Shown: positions 38,149 to 48,444, counted from the first letter of the stretch. The stretch is DNA of 64,000 nucleotides from Myxococcales bacterium (GCA_037446155.1 JBBIJE010000015.1:11318-75317), one strand, 5' to 3'. Numbers and translations: made by a program. Notes: generated from the sequence alone by a model not told the origin.

Positions 38149-39285
38149 TCAGTAAGCCCAGCGCCCAGCCGTAAAAACCGTGGAGAGAAAACCTAGGAGG
38201 GGAAGGAAGAAAATGACGAGAGCGAGGCGCAGGAGAGGCCGGCGCGAGAGCGCCCCCAGAAAAAAGAAGAGGGGGATGACCCCGAGCACGTAGCGGCCGA
38301 GGCTGATGTTCCAAGAGGTGCAAAGAAGCAGGCACAGGGTGGCCGCTCCTTGGAAGGTATAAGCCACCGGGAGGTAGAGAGCGCTCCAGAGGCAGGAGAG
38401 AAGAGCGAGGAGAAGGAAGAGAGCGCCGAGATCGAATATCACCGCCCGTTCATGCGAAGGGGAGGCCTCGAATGGGGAGAGCAGCACGTCCCTTAGGCCC
38501 TCCCAGGGCCAGCGAAAGCTGTGGTGCCAGTGCTCCCTCTGGACGGTCATGAAGTGGAAGGGGTCGCCGAAGAGGCTCAAGTTGATCGCCAGGTAGAGGA
38601 GAAACCCCGCGGGCAGGATCGAGGACCAGAGGAGCTTGCGGGAAAAAAAGGAGGATGCGGCTTGGCGCCAGTGGAGGAGAAGGAGCGTGGGGAGGAGAAT
38701 CAGCCCGTTTACCCTGGTCGCCCCAGCCAAACTTCCCAGCAGACAGGCGGCCCCGAACCGGCCCGCGTACACCATGTATATGCTTGCCAAGGTTATGGCG
38801 AGAAAGAAGCTCTCGGTATAGGGAGCAATCAAGAAGTAGGCCGTGGGGAACGCGTTGAGAAAAAAGACGCTTCCCCGGGCGGCGTCTTCGGTCATCTCCT
38901 GGCGGGCGAGGAGGTAGAGAAAATAAGAGGCGACGAGCGAGGAGAGGAAAGAAAGGAGAAGGGCGGAGACGAGGTAGTCGCCGACGAGGATGTTGAGAAT
39001 TCGGATCGTCCAGGGGTAGAGGGGGGGAAACACTATATTGAAGGCTTCCTCGCCCCTCGTTCGATACCCTCTCTGCGCAAGTTCGAGGTAGTGAGTCGCG
39101 TCCCACTGCCTCCACATGTTGAGGTAAAACGAGGAAGCTGGATCGGTCCTTCGAACCCACACTCTCTGCGAGAAGATGGCTGTCGCCTCGACCCCCATTC
39201 TTACGGCGACGACCAGCACGAAGACGAAGAGGAGGATGCGAGCGCGCTCGGGAGGGGAAGGAAAGCCTTTGAGCGATGGTTCCAT
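38149..39285 (-). CDS. GT-C fold mannosyltransferase (PIG-V-like)
   Basis: WDATHYLELAQRGY, FPPLYP, FPTAYFLIAPYTESFF, TRVNG, SLGRY. Confidence 0.85.
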   Translation of the reverse strand: MEPSLKGFPSPPERARILLFVFVLVVAVRMGVEATAIFSQRVWVRRTDPASSFYLNMWRQWDATHYLELAQRGYRTRGEEAFNIVFPPLYPWTIRILNILVGDYLVSALLLSFLSSLVASYFLYLLARQEMTEDAARGSVFFLNAFPTAYFLIAPYTESFFLAITLASIYMVYAGRFGAACLLGSLAGATRVNGLILLPTLLLLHWRQAASSFFSRKLLWSSILPAGFLLYLAINLSLFGDPFHFMTVQREHWHHSFRWPWEGLRDVLLSPFEASPSHERAVIFDLGALFLLLALLSCLWSALYLPVAYTFQGAATLCLLLCTSWNISLGRYVLGVIPLFFFLGALSRRPLLRLALVIFFLPLLGFLSTVFTAGRWAY

Positions 39286-39407
39286 GACCGAATCTCACGG
39301 GCTAATTAAGCGCAAACGGGCTCCGACGCAAACGGGCCGGCGGGCCCGCAAGACCGAAGCATCGCGGAGAAAACTCAAAGTTCCGTCCGGCTCGGGTGCC
39401 CCTGGCG

Positions 39408-42400
39408 CTAGCCGCCCCTCCTGAGCGCCGTACCTGGCAATGCGGAGAAATAGCGGGCCGATGGGTGGTGGAAGACCAGGGCCGAGACGCTCGCCTCGGG
39501 CTCCATCATGAAACCTTCGGTCAGGGTTACGCCTATGCTCTCGGGCGAAAGAAGCGAAAAGAGGATCTCTTGTTGCCCCAGGTCGGGGCAGGCCGGGTAG
39601 CCAAACGAGACCCGGATGCCCCGGTAGCGTGCCTTGAAAACTTCGTCGCGACTCAAGGTGGGCGGATCCGGGAACCCCCACATGGCTCGCAGCTTCGCGT
39701 GGAGCCACTCAGCCATCGCTTCCGCCATCTCGAGCGCGAGCGCCTGCAAGGCGTGCGAGCGCAGGTAATCGCCCGCATTCTTGAGTTCCTCGGCGCGCTC
39801 TCTCACGCCCCTGCCGGCCGTGGTCACGAACAGGGCCACATAATCCGGGCGCCCGCCCGCGGGCTCGACCCAATCGGCCACGCACAGCCGATCGCGCTCC
39901 GCCTGGCGTGGAAATCTCAAGACCGCCACAGGCTTTGCCCCGGGCGCCGGCGCCAAGGCGATCTCCTCCCCATGCGACCAAGCGGCATAGAACCTGAAAA
40001 CGCCCGCCGGGCTGAGAAGCTCTCGCTCTTCGCATTCGGCGACCAACTCTTCGATCAGTCGCTTCAGCTTCACCGCCTTTTCGTCTCCTTCGCGGAGAAG
40101 TCCAGCAAAATTTCCCTTGAGCCCGAGGTGTTTGCCGTACAGCATGACCGGGTTGACCCAAGGAAGGATCTCGCTCGGGGTAGCCCGGATCTCGTGGCGT
40201 TTGAGGTCCGGTGGCTTGGGAATGTCCGGGGCAAGCCCGATCGTTTTCCCCCCCCTCTCACTCGTTGGCGCAATCGGATTCTCCTCTCGCTCGTCTTCGG
40301 GCCGCCTGCGATCCTCCTCGGCCAGCTCGGACGCCAGTCGCTCCAGGCCGCCCGGGGCGCTGATCCTCTCCGCAAGCGCAAGGCCTGCCATGGCGTCCGC
40401 GGCATAGGCTACCACGCCGTCGTAGGCCGCGGCGATGCGCTGGCGCGTGAACTTTTTCGTCAGCGCCGCGCCTCCCACCAAAACGGGCAGGTCGATTCCC
40501 GCCCTCTTCATGTCGCTTACCGTGGCCACCATCTGCTGGGCGCTCTTGACCAAGAGACCGGAGAGTCCGACGATGGTCGGGCGCTCGCGCCTCACCGCTT
40601 CGACGATCCGCGCCGGCTCGACCTTGATCCCCAGATTCACCACGTCGTAGCCGTTGTTGCTCAGGATTATATCGACCAGGTTCTTGCCGATGTCGTGCAC
40701 ATCGCCTTTCACCGTGGCAAGAATTACCTTGCCCTTGGTTCTCGCTGAGACTCTGTCCATGCGCGGCTCCAGGTAATCCACCGCCACTTTCATCGCCTCG
40801 GCGCTCTGAAGGACCTCCGCCACTATGAGCTTGTTTTCATTGAAAAGACGCCCCACTTCCGCCATCCCGTCCATCAACGGCCCGTTTATGATGTCGAGCG
40901 GAGCGTAACGCCCGAGCGCCTCTTCCAGGTCCGCCTCCAGTCCCTCTCGCGTCCCCTCTATGATGTGGCGTGCGAGGCGGGTCTCGACCGGCAAGCCAAG
41001 CCGCGATGCTTCTTCCCCTGGCGTCTTGCTCCTCTCGCGGTAAGCGGAGGCGAACGATCCCAGAGGATCCTCGCCGCGGTTCCAGAGCAGGTCCTCCGCC
41101 AGCTTCCGCTCCTCGTCCGGTATGCTGGCAAAGCGTACCAGTTTTTCACTGTTTACGATCGCAAGGTCGAGCCCGGCTTGGATTGCGTGGTAGAGGAAAA
41201 CCGAGTTCAACACTTCGCGCCCCGCGGCGGGAAGGCCGAACGAGACGTTGGAGATCCCGAGGATGGTCTTGGCCTGCGGGAAGCTGCGCTTTATCTCCGC
41301 CAGGCCGGCAATTGTCTCGGCCGCCGCTCCCTTGAGCTTTTCATCTCCCGTGCCGGCCGGGAAGACGAGCGGGTCGAAGATGATGTCGTGAGGCGCGAGC
41401 CCGTATTTTCCCGTGAGGAGCTCGTACGCACGCCGAGCCACAGCGAGCTTTCGTGCCGCGGTAAGCGCCATCCCCTGCTCCTTGTCGTCGTCGATGCATC
41501 CCACCACGACGGCGGCACCGTAACGCTTGGCGAGGGGCACCACCTGCGCGATCCGCTCCTCCCCGTCTTCCAGGTTGACCGAGTTTATTATCGACTTTCC
41601 GGGAGTGAGCGTAAGCGCAAGCTCGATCACTTGCGCATCGGTGGAGTCGATCATGACCGGCACTTTGACCTTCTTGAGTAGCCGCGGGAGAAACTGTTCC
41701 ATGTCGGCTTTCTCGTCGCGGTCCGGGTTGGCCAGACACACGTCCAATATGTGTGCTCCGCCCCTTACCTGGGCTCGGCCGACTTCCGCGGCCCGGTCGA
41801 AGTCTTCGGAGGCGATCAGGTCCTTGAACTTCCGGCTCCCGATTACATTGGTTCGCTCCCCCACGATGAGCGGAGGCCGGTCCACCTCGAGCGACTGGAA
41901 CTCTATTCCGCTCACGCGCGAAAACCTTGCCGGCCGGGTGCGTCTCGGCCGCTGGCGCTCTGGAATCTCGGCGATTTTGCGGGTGTGCTCGGGTGTCGAG
42001 CCGCAGCAGGAGCCGAGCAGGTTGATCCAACCCTGGCGGGCGAAGTCCTCCAGCACCGCCGCCATCTCCTCGGGCGATTCGTTGTAGCGGCCGTGCTCGT
42101 CTGGAAGGCCGGCGTTCGGGACACATCCGATCGCGCAATCGGCGAACGCCGCCAGCCCGCGGATGTGATCGGCCATGAATGCAGGGCCGGTCGCGCAGTT
42201 CAGGCCGACATAAAGCAGGGGGAAGTGTTCGATAGAGGTGTAGAAGGCTTCCACCCCCTGGCCGCAAAGCATCGTCCCCGTCGGCTCGATGGTGCAGGAA
42301 ACCGCAACGGGGACGCTTCTCCCTGCGTCGGAAAAGGCATCGGAGATTCCAAGAAGCGCCGCCTTCACGTTGCATGTGTCTTGGCAGGTCTCGAGGAGAA

Positions 42401-42869
42401 GGTAGTCGGCGCCTCCTTCGAGGAGGCCACCGGCCTGGATCCTGTAAGCGGCGCGAAGCTCCTGGAAAGTGACCCCACCGGTGACCGACATGGCTTTGGT
42501 GGTGGGTCCCATGGATCCGGCGACGAAACGCACCTTGCCTGCGCCAGCGGCCTCTTCGGCCGCCTCCCGGGCTATCCTCGCAGCCCGGCGGTTTATTTCC
42601 CAAGCCTTTTCGGCCAATCCGTACTCGGCGAGAACCAGGGGAGTGGCGCCGAAGCTGTTCGTCGTCGCTATGTCGGCGCCGGCGTCGAAGTAGGCGCGGT
42701 GAATGGCGCGGATGGCGTCCGGTCTCGTGAGCACCAGGTGTTCGTTACACCCATCGAAGCACTCCCCCCCGAAGTCATCGCTGGAGAGGCCGAGGGACTG
42801 GATCTGCGTTCCCATGGCGCCGTCCAAGACTAAAATGCGCTCCACGAGCGCGCGCTCGAGCTCCGTCAT
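39408..42869 (-). CDS. metH: Cobalamin-dependent methionine synthase
   Basis: VLDGAMGT, GLNCATG, SCCG, GERTN, GDVHDIGKN (B12-binding), SFGYPACPD. Confidence 0.97.
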   Translation of the reverse strand: MTELERALVERILVLDGAMGTQIQSLGLSSDDFGGECFDGCNEHLVLTRPDAIRAIHRAYFDAGADIATTNSFGATPLVLAEYGLAEKAWEINRRAARIAREAAEEAAGAGKVRFVAGSMGPTTKAMSVTGGVTFQELRAAYRIQAGGLLEGGADYLLLETCQDTCNVKAALLGISDAFSDAGRSVPVAVSCTIEPTGTMLCGQGVEAFYTSIEHFPLLYVGLNCATGPAFMADHIRGLAAFADCAIGCVPNAGLPDEHGRYNESPEEMAAVLEDFARQGWINLLGSCCGSTPEHTRKIAEIPERQRPRRTRPARFSRVSGIEFQSLEVDRPPLIVGERTNVIGSRKFKDLIASEDFDRAAEVGRAQVRGGAHILDVCLANPDRDEKADMEQFLPRLLKKVKVPVMIDSTDAQVIELALTLTPGKSIINSVNLEDGEERIAQVVPLAKRYGAAVVVGCIDDDKEQGMALTAARKLAVARRAYELLTGKYGLAPHDIIFDPLVFPAGTGDEKLKGAAAETIAGLAEIKRSFPQAKTILGISNVSFGLPAAGREVLNSVFLYHAIQAGLDLAIVNSEKLVRFASIPDEERKLAEDLLWNRGEDPLGSFASAYRERSKTPGEEASRLGLPVETRLARHIIEGTREGLEADLEEALGRYAPLDIINGPLMDGMAEVGRLFNENKLIVAEVLQSAEAMKVAVDYLEPRMDRVSARTKGKVILATVKGDVHDIGKNLVDIILSNNGYDVVNLGIKVEPARIVEAVRRERPTIVGLSGLLVKSAQQMVATVSDMKRAGIDLPVLVGGAALTKKFTRQRIAAAYDGVVAYAADAMAGLALAERISAPGGLERLASELAEEDRRRPEDEREENPIAPTSERGGKTIGLAPDIPKPPDLKRHEIRATPSEILPWVNPVMLYGKHLGLKGNFAGLLREGDEKAVKLKRLIEELVAECEERELLSPAGVFRFYAAWSHGEEIALAPAPGAKPVAVLRFPRQAERDRLCVADWVEPAGGRPDYVALFVTTAGRGVRERAEELKNAGDYLRSHALQALALEMAEAMAEWLHAKLRAMWGFPDPPTLSRDEVFKARYRGIRVSFGYPACPDLGQQEILFSLLSPESIGVTLTEGFMMEPEASVSALVFHHPSARYFSALPGTALRRGG

Positions 42870-43037
42870 GGCTTAAAGACTGCCTGAGTGGAGCGAAAAA
42901 ATCCAATCTCTATCGTCGCGGCGGGCCGGCGGGGGAAAGCTTATCGGGTGCGTTCTCTCGGGCGCTCGTGCCTGCCTGTTGACCGGTCCCAGGGGCGGGG
43001 TTAAGGAGGGGAGTCGAAGACCGGTTGGAGGGAAGCG

Positions 43038-43382
43038 ATGGGCGAGGACCAGGATGAGGTTTTGGCGTTCGATCTGAATGACAAGGTAGAGTTTGCTTCC
43101 GAGGGAATCGTGAGCAAGACGCTCCTTTCGACCGACCGGGCGCGCGTCGTGCTCTTTTGCTTCGATGCCGGACAGCTTCTCTCGGAGCACACCTCCGCCC
43201 ATCCCGCGTCGCTCCACATTCTAAGCGGGCGTTGTCGAGTCGGCCTCGGCGAGAGGGAAGAGGAAGCCGGGGCCGGGTTTTGGGCGCACATGCCCGCGCA
43301 TTTGCCTCACTCGATAGTGGCGAGCGAGCGAACGATAATGCTCCTTACCATCTATCGGCCGGCAAAGCCTAAAGGGGCGTAA
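43038..43382 (+). CDS. Cupin domain protein
   Basis: IVSKTL, FDAGQLLSEHTS, MPAHLPHSI. Confidence 0.88.
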   Translation: MGEDQDEVLAFDLNDKVEFASEGIVSKTLLSTDRARVVLFCFDAGQLLSEHTSAHPASLHILSGRCRVGLGEREEEAGAGFWAHMPAHLPHSIVASERTIMLLTIYRPAKPKGA

Positions 43383-43390
43383 GCCTTCGC

Positions 43391-43987
43391 GTGAGCAAGC
43401 GTTTGGCGATCCGGCTCCTCCTTGCGCTCGCTGCCCTCGCTCTCCTCGCAGTGGCCGGCTACCGGTGGCTCGGGGCTCCAGGCGGAGCCCAGGTCCCCGT
43501 TCCGCTTCGTTTGGACATGAGCCATCCCCGCTTCAATGAATCCCCACCCGGCTACACGACTCTCCTTCCGTCCGACACCTATACGGCGAGCCGCGGCTTC
43601 GGATGGTCCCAAGGGGTGGGGGCGTTCGACGCGAACACCTGGCGTGACGACCGCCTCGATCTCGATTCTCTCCACCGAGATGCCCACCTGGGATTGAACA
43701 CCGAGGAGGAGCGAGGCCCCTCCTTTCGGATCGACCTGCCCCCGGGGCGTTACCGATTGAAGGTCGTTACCGGTGCGGCGGTTCACGGTGTCCATGCTAT
43801 CGGCCTTCGGGTCAACGGCAAGAAGGCTCTGGATCTCCAGGAGATCGTGCCCGACGGCGAACCCCGGGAGTTCGTCTTGGAGGTCGAACCGGTGGACGGC
43901 AAGATCGAGATAGCACCTTTTACCGAAGATGGCACGGAGTGGCTGATCTCCGCGCTCGAGCTGGTCAGGGTCGGTGCCCCGCATTGA
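43391..43987 (+). CDS. Membrane-anchored or secreted protein with a galactose-binding-like beta-sandwich
   Basis: N-terminal TM/signal; YTASRGFGW, FRIDLPPGRYRLKV, ISALELV pattern of carbohydrate-binding jelly-roll domains. Confidence 0.6.
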   Translation: MSKRLAIRLLLALAALALLAVAGYRWLGAPGGAQVPVPLRLDMSHPRFNESPPGYTTLLPSDTYTASRGFGWSQGVGAFDANTWRDDRLDLDSLHRDAHLGLNTEEERGPSFRIDLPPGRYRLKVVTGAAVHGVHAIGLRVNGKKALDLQEIVPDGEPREFVLEVEPVDGKIEIAPFTEDGTEWLISALELVRVGAPH

Positions 43988-45398
43988 TCCGGCGCCGGCC
44001 GGGTCCTCGAAGGATTGCGGCGGCGGCGAGCCAGATCGCCAGCAGGGGAAGAAGGCTTGCGGTCGAATGGGGGAAGAGAAGCTCTCCCACGTTGAAGGAG
44101 TGCCAGTTTTCCGGGGGAGCAAGACGCAGGTACGAAAGCGGCGGCAGATAGTCGTCGAGTCCCTGGGGGTTTACCGAGATCTTGCCTTTCAGGAAGTAGG
44201 CCAGAACGAAGTCGCGAAGCGGATTGCCCAACCCAGCCGGCACCTCGACTCCGACGGCCGTTATTCCCAGCATGAAGGTGATGGATACCAGAGCGAGCGG
44301 GGAAAAGAGCGGGCTCGCTCGCCGCGCAGCCGCCGCGACAGGCAAGAAAAGGAAGGGCAGGCAGGGAACGAGGTAACGGGGCCCCGGCGCCCAGCCGCCC
44401 TGCCAGCCGTGGAAAGAAGAGACGAGGAGGAGGAAGGCTAGTGGCACGAGCGCGCAGACGAGAGCCTGTACCCGGTCCCGGCGCAGCAGCTCCGCCATGC
44501 CCAGGGGGGCCAGCGCGAGCATCGGGCTGGAGAAGAGAATGCCGTGGCGCGGCGAGAGGAGAAGCGCCGCCATCCGCTCGAGCCTAGGCGCTCCGAAGAA
44601 GCGGCCATTTTCGGCCACCATTACGGCGGGATTGGAGTGGGCGTAGCCGGTGGAAAAGGGACTGCCGAAGCAGAGATAGTAATAGATGCCAAGAGCCGCG
44701 AGTGCCGGCAGGCTGCCGGCGAAAACCCAGGGGCACAGCCGCTTCTCGCCCTTCCGAAGGCGTAGAGCGAAGGTGACCGCGGCCAAAACGAGGACGGTGC
44801 TCAGCTCCAGCGCAATCGCTACGCCGAAGGCCGCGCCGGCCGCCAGCGCATAGGCTGCTCCCTTTTCTCTCGTCCGAGCGGCGTTTACCAGCGCTAAGCC
44901 GGCAAAGCTCGAGGCCGCCGCGGGCTGGTGGGCGTAAAAGGCGGTGGCGTAAGGGAAGACGAGGGTCCCGAGCCCGAAGAGGAGCGCCAGCCAGGCACAC
45001 CGAGCCGCGGTGCCGAGCGAAAGGCCCATCAGTGCTCGGTACACCAGAAACCCCAAAAGCGCGCCGCTCGAAGCATTCACGGCAAGATTTGCGGCGTAAG
45101 CGGAGCGCCCGAGTCTCGTGGCCGGTTCGGCTTTGCCATTTAGGCGGTCTGCGATCAGGAAGGCGGGAAGCGCCAAAAACGATAAGCCTGGGCTTTTGTT
45201 CGTGTAGTAATGTCCCCCGTGGTAGGCCCAGTCGCCCGTGTTTCGGACGAAGCGATCTATGACTAGACCGTCGCCGCTTGCCAGCGCGCGAGTGAGGTCG
45301 AGCCGGGAGTTGGGGTTCCAGCCTCCCCCTTGGAAGAAATAAGCATAAGATACCGCTAGGGTAAGGAAGACGAGTATGCCGGCGTTCCGTTCGCGCAC
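43965..45398 (-). CDS. Multi-pass membrane protein, putative GT-C glycosyltransferase
   Basis: NPNSRLDLTRAL, GHYYTNKSPGLSFLALP, GILFSSP, GGWAPGPRYLVP; ~12 TM helices. Confidence 0.6.
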   Translation of the reverse strand: MRERNAGILVFLTLAVSYAYFFQGGGWNPNSRLDLTRALASGDGLVIDRFVRNTGDWAYHGGHYYTNKSPGLSFLALPAFLIADRLNGKAEPATRLGRSAYAANLAVNASSGALLGFLVYRALMGLSLGTAARCAWLALLFGLGTLVFPYATAFYAHQPAAASSFAGLALVNAARTREKGAAYALAAGAAFGVAIALELSTVLVLAAVTFALRLRKGEKRLCPWVFAGSLPALAALGIYYYLCFGSPFSTGYAHSNPAVMVAENGRFFGAPRLERMAALLLSPRHGILFSSPMLALAPLGMAELLRRDRVQALVCALVPLAFLLLVSSFHGWQGGWAPGPRYLVPCLPFLFLPVAAAARRASPLFSPLALVSITFMLGITAVGVEVPAGLGNPLRDFVLAYFLKGKISVNPQGLDDYLPPLSYLRLAPPENWHSFNVGELLFPHSTASLLPLLAIWLAAAAILRGPGRRRINAGHRP

Positions 45399-45411
45399 GG
45401 CCTGCCGGTTA

Positions 45412-47196
45412 CTACATGGCCGACATGCGCATGAGCATCGGCTGCTTCAGGAGCCAAAGGCTATAGAGGCTAAAGCCGACCATGCCGCAGAGCATCGGAA
45501 CTTGGCTCAGGCGGGCCCGCTTGGGGTCGGCGAACAACTTCCTTGCGCTTTCGCTTGCGGCCCAGAGTCCGTAAACGTGCCCCACGATTATCATCAGAAC
45601 CTGTAGATGCCAGAGGGAGCTCAGCGAAAGCAAGGGCGCAGGGAGGGTGTGTGCGGTTCCGAACAGGTTCCATCCCCAGCCGAAGGGGTCGGACGCGAGC
45701 TTTGTCACCTTCGGTCCCTCGACCAACAAATGCTCCAAGTTGTGCGCGAGGTGGTAAAAGAGCGCAATCGGGAGAAGCGGGTAGGCGAAACGCAGGAAGG
45801 CTTGCTCGTACCGAACGCTGGGATCGGCTGCGAGCCTGCGCCCGAGCTCGACGGTTGCCGCATAAAAGAGCAGGGGAAGGAGAAGGGCAGCCGCCATGCC
45901 GAGCGAAAAAGCTCCCAAACGGTTAGCCCCGAGCGCCGATGCCAGCCTCTCGGTCCACTCCTGCCAGGAAGGGGTCATGGTGAGGCCGTGGAAGGAGGCC
46001 AGGCTGAGCATCGCTATCGCAAGATAAGCCTCGTCGGCGCGCGGCCGCCTTATGCCTGCCAGGTCCGCCCCCCAGGGGCGAAGGTTCAGCCGCAGGTTGT
46101 CGGCCGGACAGGTTTTCAGGCACTCCGAGCAGAGCGTGCAGTAGGTGTTACTAGTGAGGCTACCCGGGAACTCGAACGTCGGGCAGCCGTATCCCCTCGC
46201 GTTTCCGTGCCAGCAGTCCTTGCCTCGGCACGTCTTGCACGTGTGCCGGTCGGCGGGTCTCAGCTCGATTCCGGCGAAGAGAGCGTAGAGCCCGCTTATA
46301 CGTCCTACCAAGCAACCATACCGGCAGAAGGACTTTCGCTCGAAAAGGGCTAGGGAGAGGAAGGTGAGAATCAAAATGAGGAGGCCCAAGTAGGCGGTAA
46401 GCCGGGGCCGCAAGCTCACACCAAAGCCGATCTCGATCCAGGTGAAGCCCAAAAAGAGGATCGTGGCAAGCCAAATGTTCCGAAGGGCCCTCGGCCACGG
46501 CAGTCCGAGCCCCAGGCCCTGCTCGCGCTTCCTCCAAAGCGCAAGTCTTTCGACCCAGGTGGAAAGCGCATCCCAAGGGCACACGTAACACCAGGCCTTG
46601 CCGAAATAGAGGATGAGAATCACGATTCCCGCCCACCAGACGGTCCAGGTGAGACAGGGTGCGATGTTGAGGGCTGGGTTTTGATTACCGAAGAGGCCGG
46701 CCGCGATTATCAGGACAAAGGCCGTGACCGTGGCTAGCTGGCCGCCGAATCTCGCCCTGCGCGACGTGGCAAGGGCGCGAAGGAACCGAAATCTCAGAAG
46801 GTTGAAGCGCGGCGGGGGATCGGAGCTCCGGGTAGTTGCGCGCGATCGGAGGTCGAAGAGAAGAAAGGAAAGGAGCAAAATCGCGGCGCAGGAGAGATAA
46901 TAGAGGCCAGAAGGTAAACCCTCCATCCGATGGGTTTCGGCGTCGCCCGAGTGAGGGCAGGGATGGGCGCTTTCGTGCGTGGCGGCACCCGGGGCGAAGG
47001 AAGGGTGGGCTGTCTCTTCGCTTACGGCCGCCTCGGCTTCCTGGTGGGAAGCGACGTTTTCGCCGCTCACGCCGGCCTGGGCCCCGCCCGAGACGAAAAC
47101 GCCAGCTGGGGGAGAGCCGCTTCGCTCGGCAGCGGCCAGAAGCAGGATCACGACCGGCAGGGCGTAGGGCCAGAAGATCGCAGCAAGCCGTTTCAT
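45412..47196 (-). CDS. 4Fe-4S binding membrane protein (NapH/FixG-like polyferredoxin)
   Basis: WCYVCPW, FCRYGCLVG, CKTCRGKDC, YCTLCSECLKTCP, YHLAHNL; His-containing N-terminal linker. Confidence 0.85.
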   Translation of the reverse strand: MKRLAAIFWPYALPVVILLLAAAERSGSPPAGVFVSGGAQAGVSGENVASHQEAEAAVSEETAHPSFAPGAATHESAHPCPHSGDAETHRMEGLPSGLYYLSCAAILLLSFLLFDLRSRATTRSSDPPPRFNLLRFRFLRALATSRRARFGGQLATVTAFVLIIAAGLFGNQNPALNIAPCLTWTVWWAGIVILILYFGKAWCYVCPWDALSTWVERLALWRKREQGLGLGLPWPRALRNIWLATILFLGFTWIEIGFGVSLRPRLTAYLGLLILILTFLSLALFERKSFCRYGCLVGRISGLYALFAGIELRPADRHTCKTCRGKDCWHGNARGYGCPTFEFPGSLTSNTYCTLCSECLKTCPADNLRLNLRPWGADLAGIRRPRADEAYLAIAMLSLASFHGLTMTPSWQEWTERLASALGANRLGAFSLGMAAALLLPLLFYAATVELGRRLAADPSVRYEQAFLRFAYPLLPIALFYHLAHNLEHLLVEGPKVTKLASDPFGWGWNLFGTAHTLPAPLLSLSSLWHLQVLMIIVGHVYGLWAASESARKLFADPKRARLSQVPMLCGMVGFSLYSLWLLKQPMLMRMSAM

Positions 47197-47723
47197 GCCT
47201 TCCCGGTGATTCGTTTTACGGCCACTATCGCGCCCACGAAGAGAGCGAGGCCGGCAGCGATGCTTCCCAATAACGCAAGCGGCCTTCCCCGGCTACCGAT
47301 TACGATGGGCAAGAGAACCCGCTCTTGCCGGGGTGGTGCCCCCCCAATGGTAAGCTCTGCCATGTAAGACCCCTCGACTGCAAAGCTGAGTCGAGCGCGG
47401 TAGAGGCCATCTCGGGGCGCAAGCGTCCGGCGCGGGGCCACTTCCCGATCACCCCGAAGCGCCGAGTGCGCGAGAAGCCTCAGGAAGAGGGGGCCTTCGT
47501 AAGGTCCTCCACTAGCAGCGTTGCGCACGTAGATCGTGAGATCCACGGGCTTTCCGGCTTGCGGTGTCGGAAGGGTCATGGCGATCTCGTAAGGGCCGCT
47601 TTTTGCGGCGTACTCCATGATCCTGTTTCCGCTCTGATCGACCCCGAGAGTTACGTCAACCGGCAAGTGGTCGGCGGCGCAAATCCGGGCAGAAAGCGAA
47701 AGCACGCCGCACGCAAGGAGCAA
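47193..47723 (-). CDS. Secreted YtkA/FixH-like Ig-fold protein with C-terminal TM anchor
   Basis: TTG at 47723 after AGAAGGGG; signal peptide; PQAGKPVDLTIYV...GLYRARLSFAVEGSY; C-terminal TM plus KR. ATGA overlap with the next gene. Confidence 0.6.
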   Translation of the reverse strand: MLLACGVLSLSARICAADHLPVDVTLGVDQSGNRIMEYAAKSGPYEIAMTLPTPQAGKPVDLTIYVRNAASGGPYEGPLFLRLLAHSALRGDREVAPRRTLAPRDGLYRARLSFAVEGSYMAELTIGGAPPRQERVLLPIVIGSRGRPLALLGSIAAGLALFVGAIVAVKRITGKA

Positions 47724-47763
47724 GCAGCCCCCCCTTCTAGCGCCGACGCCGGAGGTTAGGGCA

Positions 47764-48444
47764 CTAGGGAATACAGAAGGTCGTGTCGAAAACGCAGTTG
47801 GCACTGCAAAGAAGGGTTCCCCCGCCGGGAAAGCCGCGGCTTTCACACGTCTCGCCGTTCAAGTTAGTGCCGTCGCACAACTCCCCGCAAAAGGAGTCTA
47901 TCGTGCCGTTTCCGCAAAGCGGCGTGTTGACGCAGCCGCCGGCCCCCTCGTCGCACGAGTCGGTGGTACAGGCGTCGCCGTCGTCGCAGTCGAGTCCCCT
48001 AAAACCCGAGCACGCGGGAAGGCCCAAGTTGGCCGCCATGAGCTGTCTAACCCTATCGTTTTGGATGTTTATTAGGCAGTCGACGATGTCGTCTATGTCG
48101 GCGACACCGGGGCAATACGCGTTCGGAAAACCGAGTTGGGCCACCGTGACTCCGACGCATTTCTTCTTTATCCGCTGCCGGTTCTTTATCGCGGCAACGG
48201 CTATGGTGCGCATGGTTTCTTCCTCCTCCCAGCAGTCCTGAGGTGCGAGCAAGCCTTCCATGATCATCGACTCGCAGTTCGTAAGCGCTCGCAAGACCAC
48301 CTTGACGTACTTGCTCCCGGTCCGCGCGATCTGATACGCGCAGTCGCTGGAGATGGCCGCCGTGGCGGAAGCGGCCACCAACGCCACGGAACAGGAAAGA
48401 ATGCTAGCCAGCCGACGCGTTTTTTCCACGGTGCTCCTAAACAT
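47764..48444 (-). CDS. Secreted protein: helical Cys-rich domain plus Cys-rich repeats
   Basis: GGGAGG RBS; signal peptide; CAYQIARTGSKYVKVVLRALTNC; CDDGDACTTDSCD; CGNG...ELCDGTNLNGETCESRGF. Confidence 0.75.
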   Translation of the reverse strand: MFRSTVEKTRRLASILSCSVALVAASATAAISSDCAYQIARTGSKYVKVVLRALTNCESMIMEGLLAPQDCWEEEETMRTIAVAAIKNRQRIKKKCVGVTVAQLGFPNAYCPGVADIDDIVDCLINIQNDRVRQLMAANLGLPACSGFRGLDCDDGDACTTDSCDEGAGGCVNTPLCGNGTIDSFCGELCDGTNLNGETCESRGFPGGGTLLCSANCVFDTTFCIP

